Translations under genes and position numbers: made by a program | Assembly (NCBI RefSeq): GCF_006345805.1 | Contig: NW_021823602.1 | Span: forward strand, 1 to 21,874 | Length of the DNA stretch: 21,874 nt | Source: Octopus sinensis | Taxonomy: Eukaryota | Direction of reading: 5' to 3' | Shown: one piece after another, positions 20,528 through 21,874 of the stretch | Layout: each line of letters starts with the position of its first letter | Position numbering within the stretch: position 1 is the first letter of the stretch | The notes under the pieces: generated by a model | What the model was told of the DNA's origin: nothing | The model's database searches: none | Seen by the model: only the letters and a program-made list of their open reading frames with translations

Positions 20528-20620
20528 AGTGAAACCAAGTAGCAACACCAAATGGCGGTGCCCCAGCATGCCACAGCTCATAAGCTGAAACTAGAATCAA
20601 TCAATCAATCAATCAATCAA

Positions 20621-20636
20621 TATATATATATATAGT

Positions 20637-20692
<56 letters not shown>

Positions 20693-20855
20693 CATATATT
20701 ATATACATATCATATATATAGACATATACATATATAATAAATATAATATATATATACATATCATATATATATACATATACATATATTATATATCATATAT
20801 ATATATATTATATATATATATATACAATATATATATATATACAATATATAATATA
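20621..20855. repeat. (TA)n-rich microsatellite directly after the LINE tail
   Basis: Direct reading. Confidence 0.95.
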
Positions 20856-21874
20856 ATGTGAGGGAGTAATGTATCTGTGTGTGTGTGTGTTTTGCGTGTG
20901 TGTGTGTTTGTGTTGTGAATGTGTATATGGGCTTGTTATTTAGGTTTTGGGATGTATGTGTTAATTTGTCTCTGTGTGGGAGGGGGGGGAGTGGGTTTTG
21001 GGGTATATGAGGTTTATAAGTTAGATAGGTATGTGTATAAGTCGTGGGTGTGTGGTTTACGAGTGGTATTGTGTGTGAATGTTTTGGTTAGGGAGATTGC
21101 TATATAGTTTGTTAAGAGTTTAGCAAAGGGAGATTTATCGTTATATGTTTTTAGGAGTTTTGGTTTATCATGGTTTTTTTAGGGAATTCGTGGTAATTTG
21201 TCTATTTTCATGGTGGTTGTTTTATACATTGTTTCATTCATAATTTTTGAGTGGTGTTCGTTTTGCCACGTGAAATAAACCGGGAGGGGACTAGTGTTGT
21301 TTGGAATTGTGAATGGAATAGTGTAGTAGTGAGGTAGGCATAGAGAATGGGTTTGGGTTACTGCAAGTGTTTGTTAGTCTTTTTCACATAAGTTATTTCT
21401 ATGGTAACGTAATTTTGTTTGATTTTTAACGGCTAAGAATTTAATTTCACTTCATAATTTGACACTGAATTGTAAGTATGTATTTTATTTACCTTTATGT
21501 CATATTGTTATTTTTGATATTCTGGTTAATTACGATGTATTTAATGTTGTTTTCATAGGAGTGTTTATGTATATGAGAGAGTGTGCGAGTTTTTAGTTGT
21601 ATAATTTATTATCTGTATGAGTGTGGGTGTGTAAATATTGTTGTATATATGAGTTTAGTGAGTATGTATGCGTATATGTGAGGGAGTATATGTATCTGTT
21701 GTGTGTGTGTGTTTTGCGTGTGTGTGTGTTTGTGTGTGAATGTGTATATGGGTTGTTATTTAGGTTTTGGGATGTATGAGTTAATTTGTCTGTGTGGGAG
21801 GGAGTGGGTTTTGGTGTATATGGAGGTTTATAAGTTAGTTTAGGTATGTGTATAAGTCGTGTGTCTGTGGTTTA
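20856..21874. repeat. Unclassified G/T-rich repeat with an 820-bp period; second copy cut by the window edge
   Basis: GTGAGGGAGTA..TGTATCTG...GTTATTTAGGTTTTGGGATGTATG...GGTATGTGTATAAGTCGTG starts at 20858 and again at 21678. Confidence 0.8.

Larger units (their letters stand above)
15700..20620 (+). mobile_element. Near full-length CR1-clade non-LTR retrotransposon; 5' boundary uncertain (between about 15700 and 16700)
   Basis: ORF1, APE-RT ORF2, short 3' UTR and (AATC)n tail (about 20595-20620); (TA)n tracts on both sides; markedly higher GC than the flanks. Confidence 0.9.

Overview
AT-rich, repeat-dominated eukaryotic DNA with no host protein-coding gene that I can support. The SINE families, RTE 3' ends with (ATG)n tails and dense (TA)n tracts suggest a coleoid cephalopod, probably Octopus. 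This is an inference from recalled repeat families, not a database result. The main element is a young-looking, near full-length CR1-clade LINE (about 15.7-20.6 kb, + strand). It has a 12-copy modular repeat array in its presumed 5' region, an ORF1 with a Myb/trihelix-like N-terminus and a CCCH zinc finger, a frameshifted APE-RT ORF2 lacking the endonuclease GDFN motif, and a 3' stem-loop shared, with compensatory changes, by a tRNA-derived SINE family in the same window. The rest is a patchwork of RTE 3' fragments, tRNA-derived SINEs, Penelope-like relics (an RT fragment, a type I hammerhead-like motif, fold-back palindromes), mariner and hAT transposase relics, a MITE-like family, a CpG-rich segment with tandem ETS-CRE motifs, and long microsatellites. 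Most ORFs in the supplied track are microsatellite or antisense artefacts.
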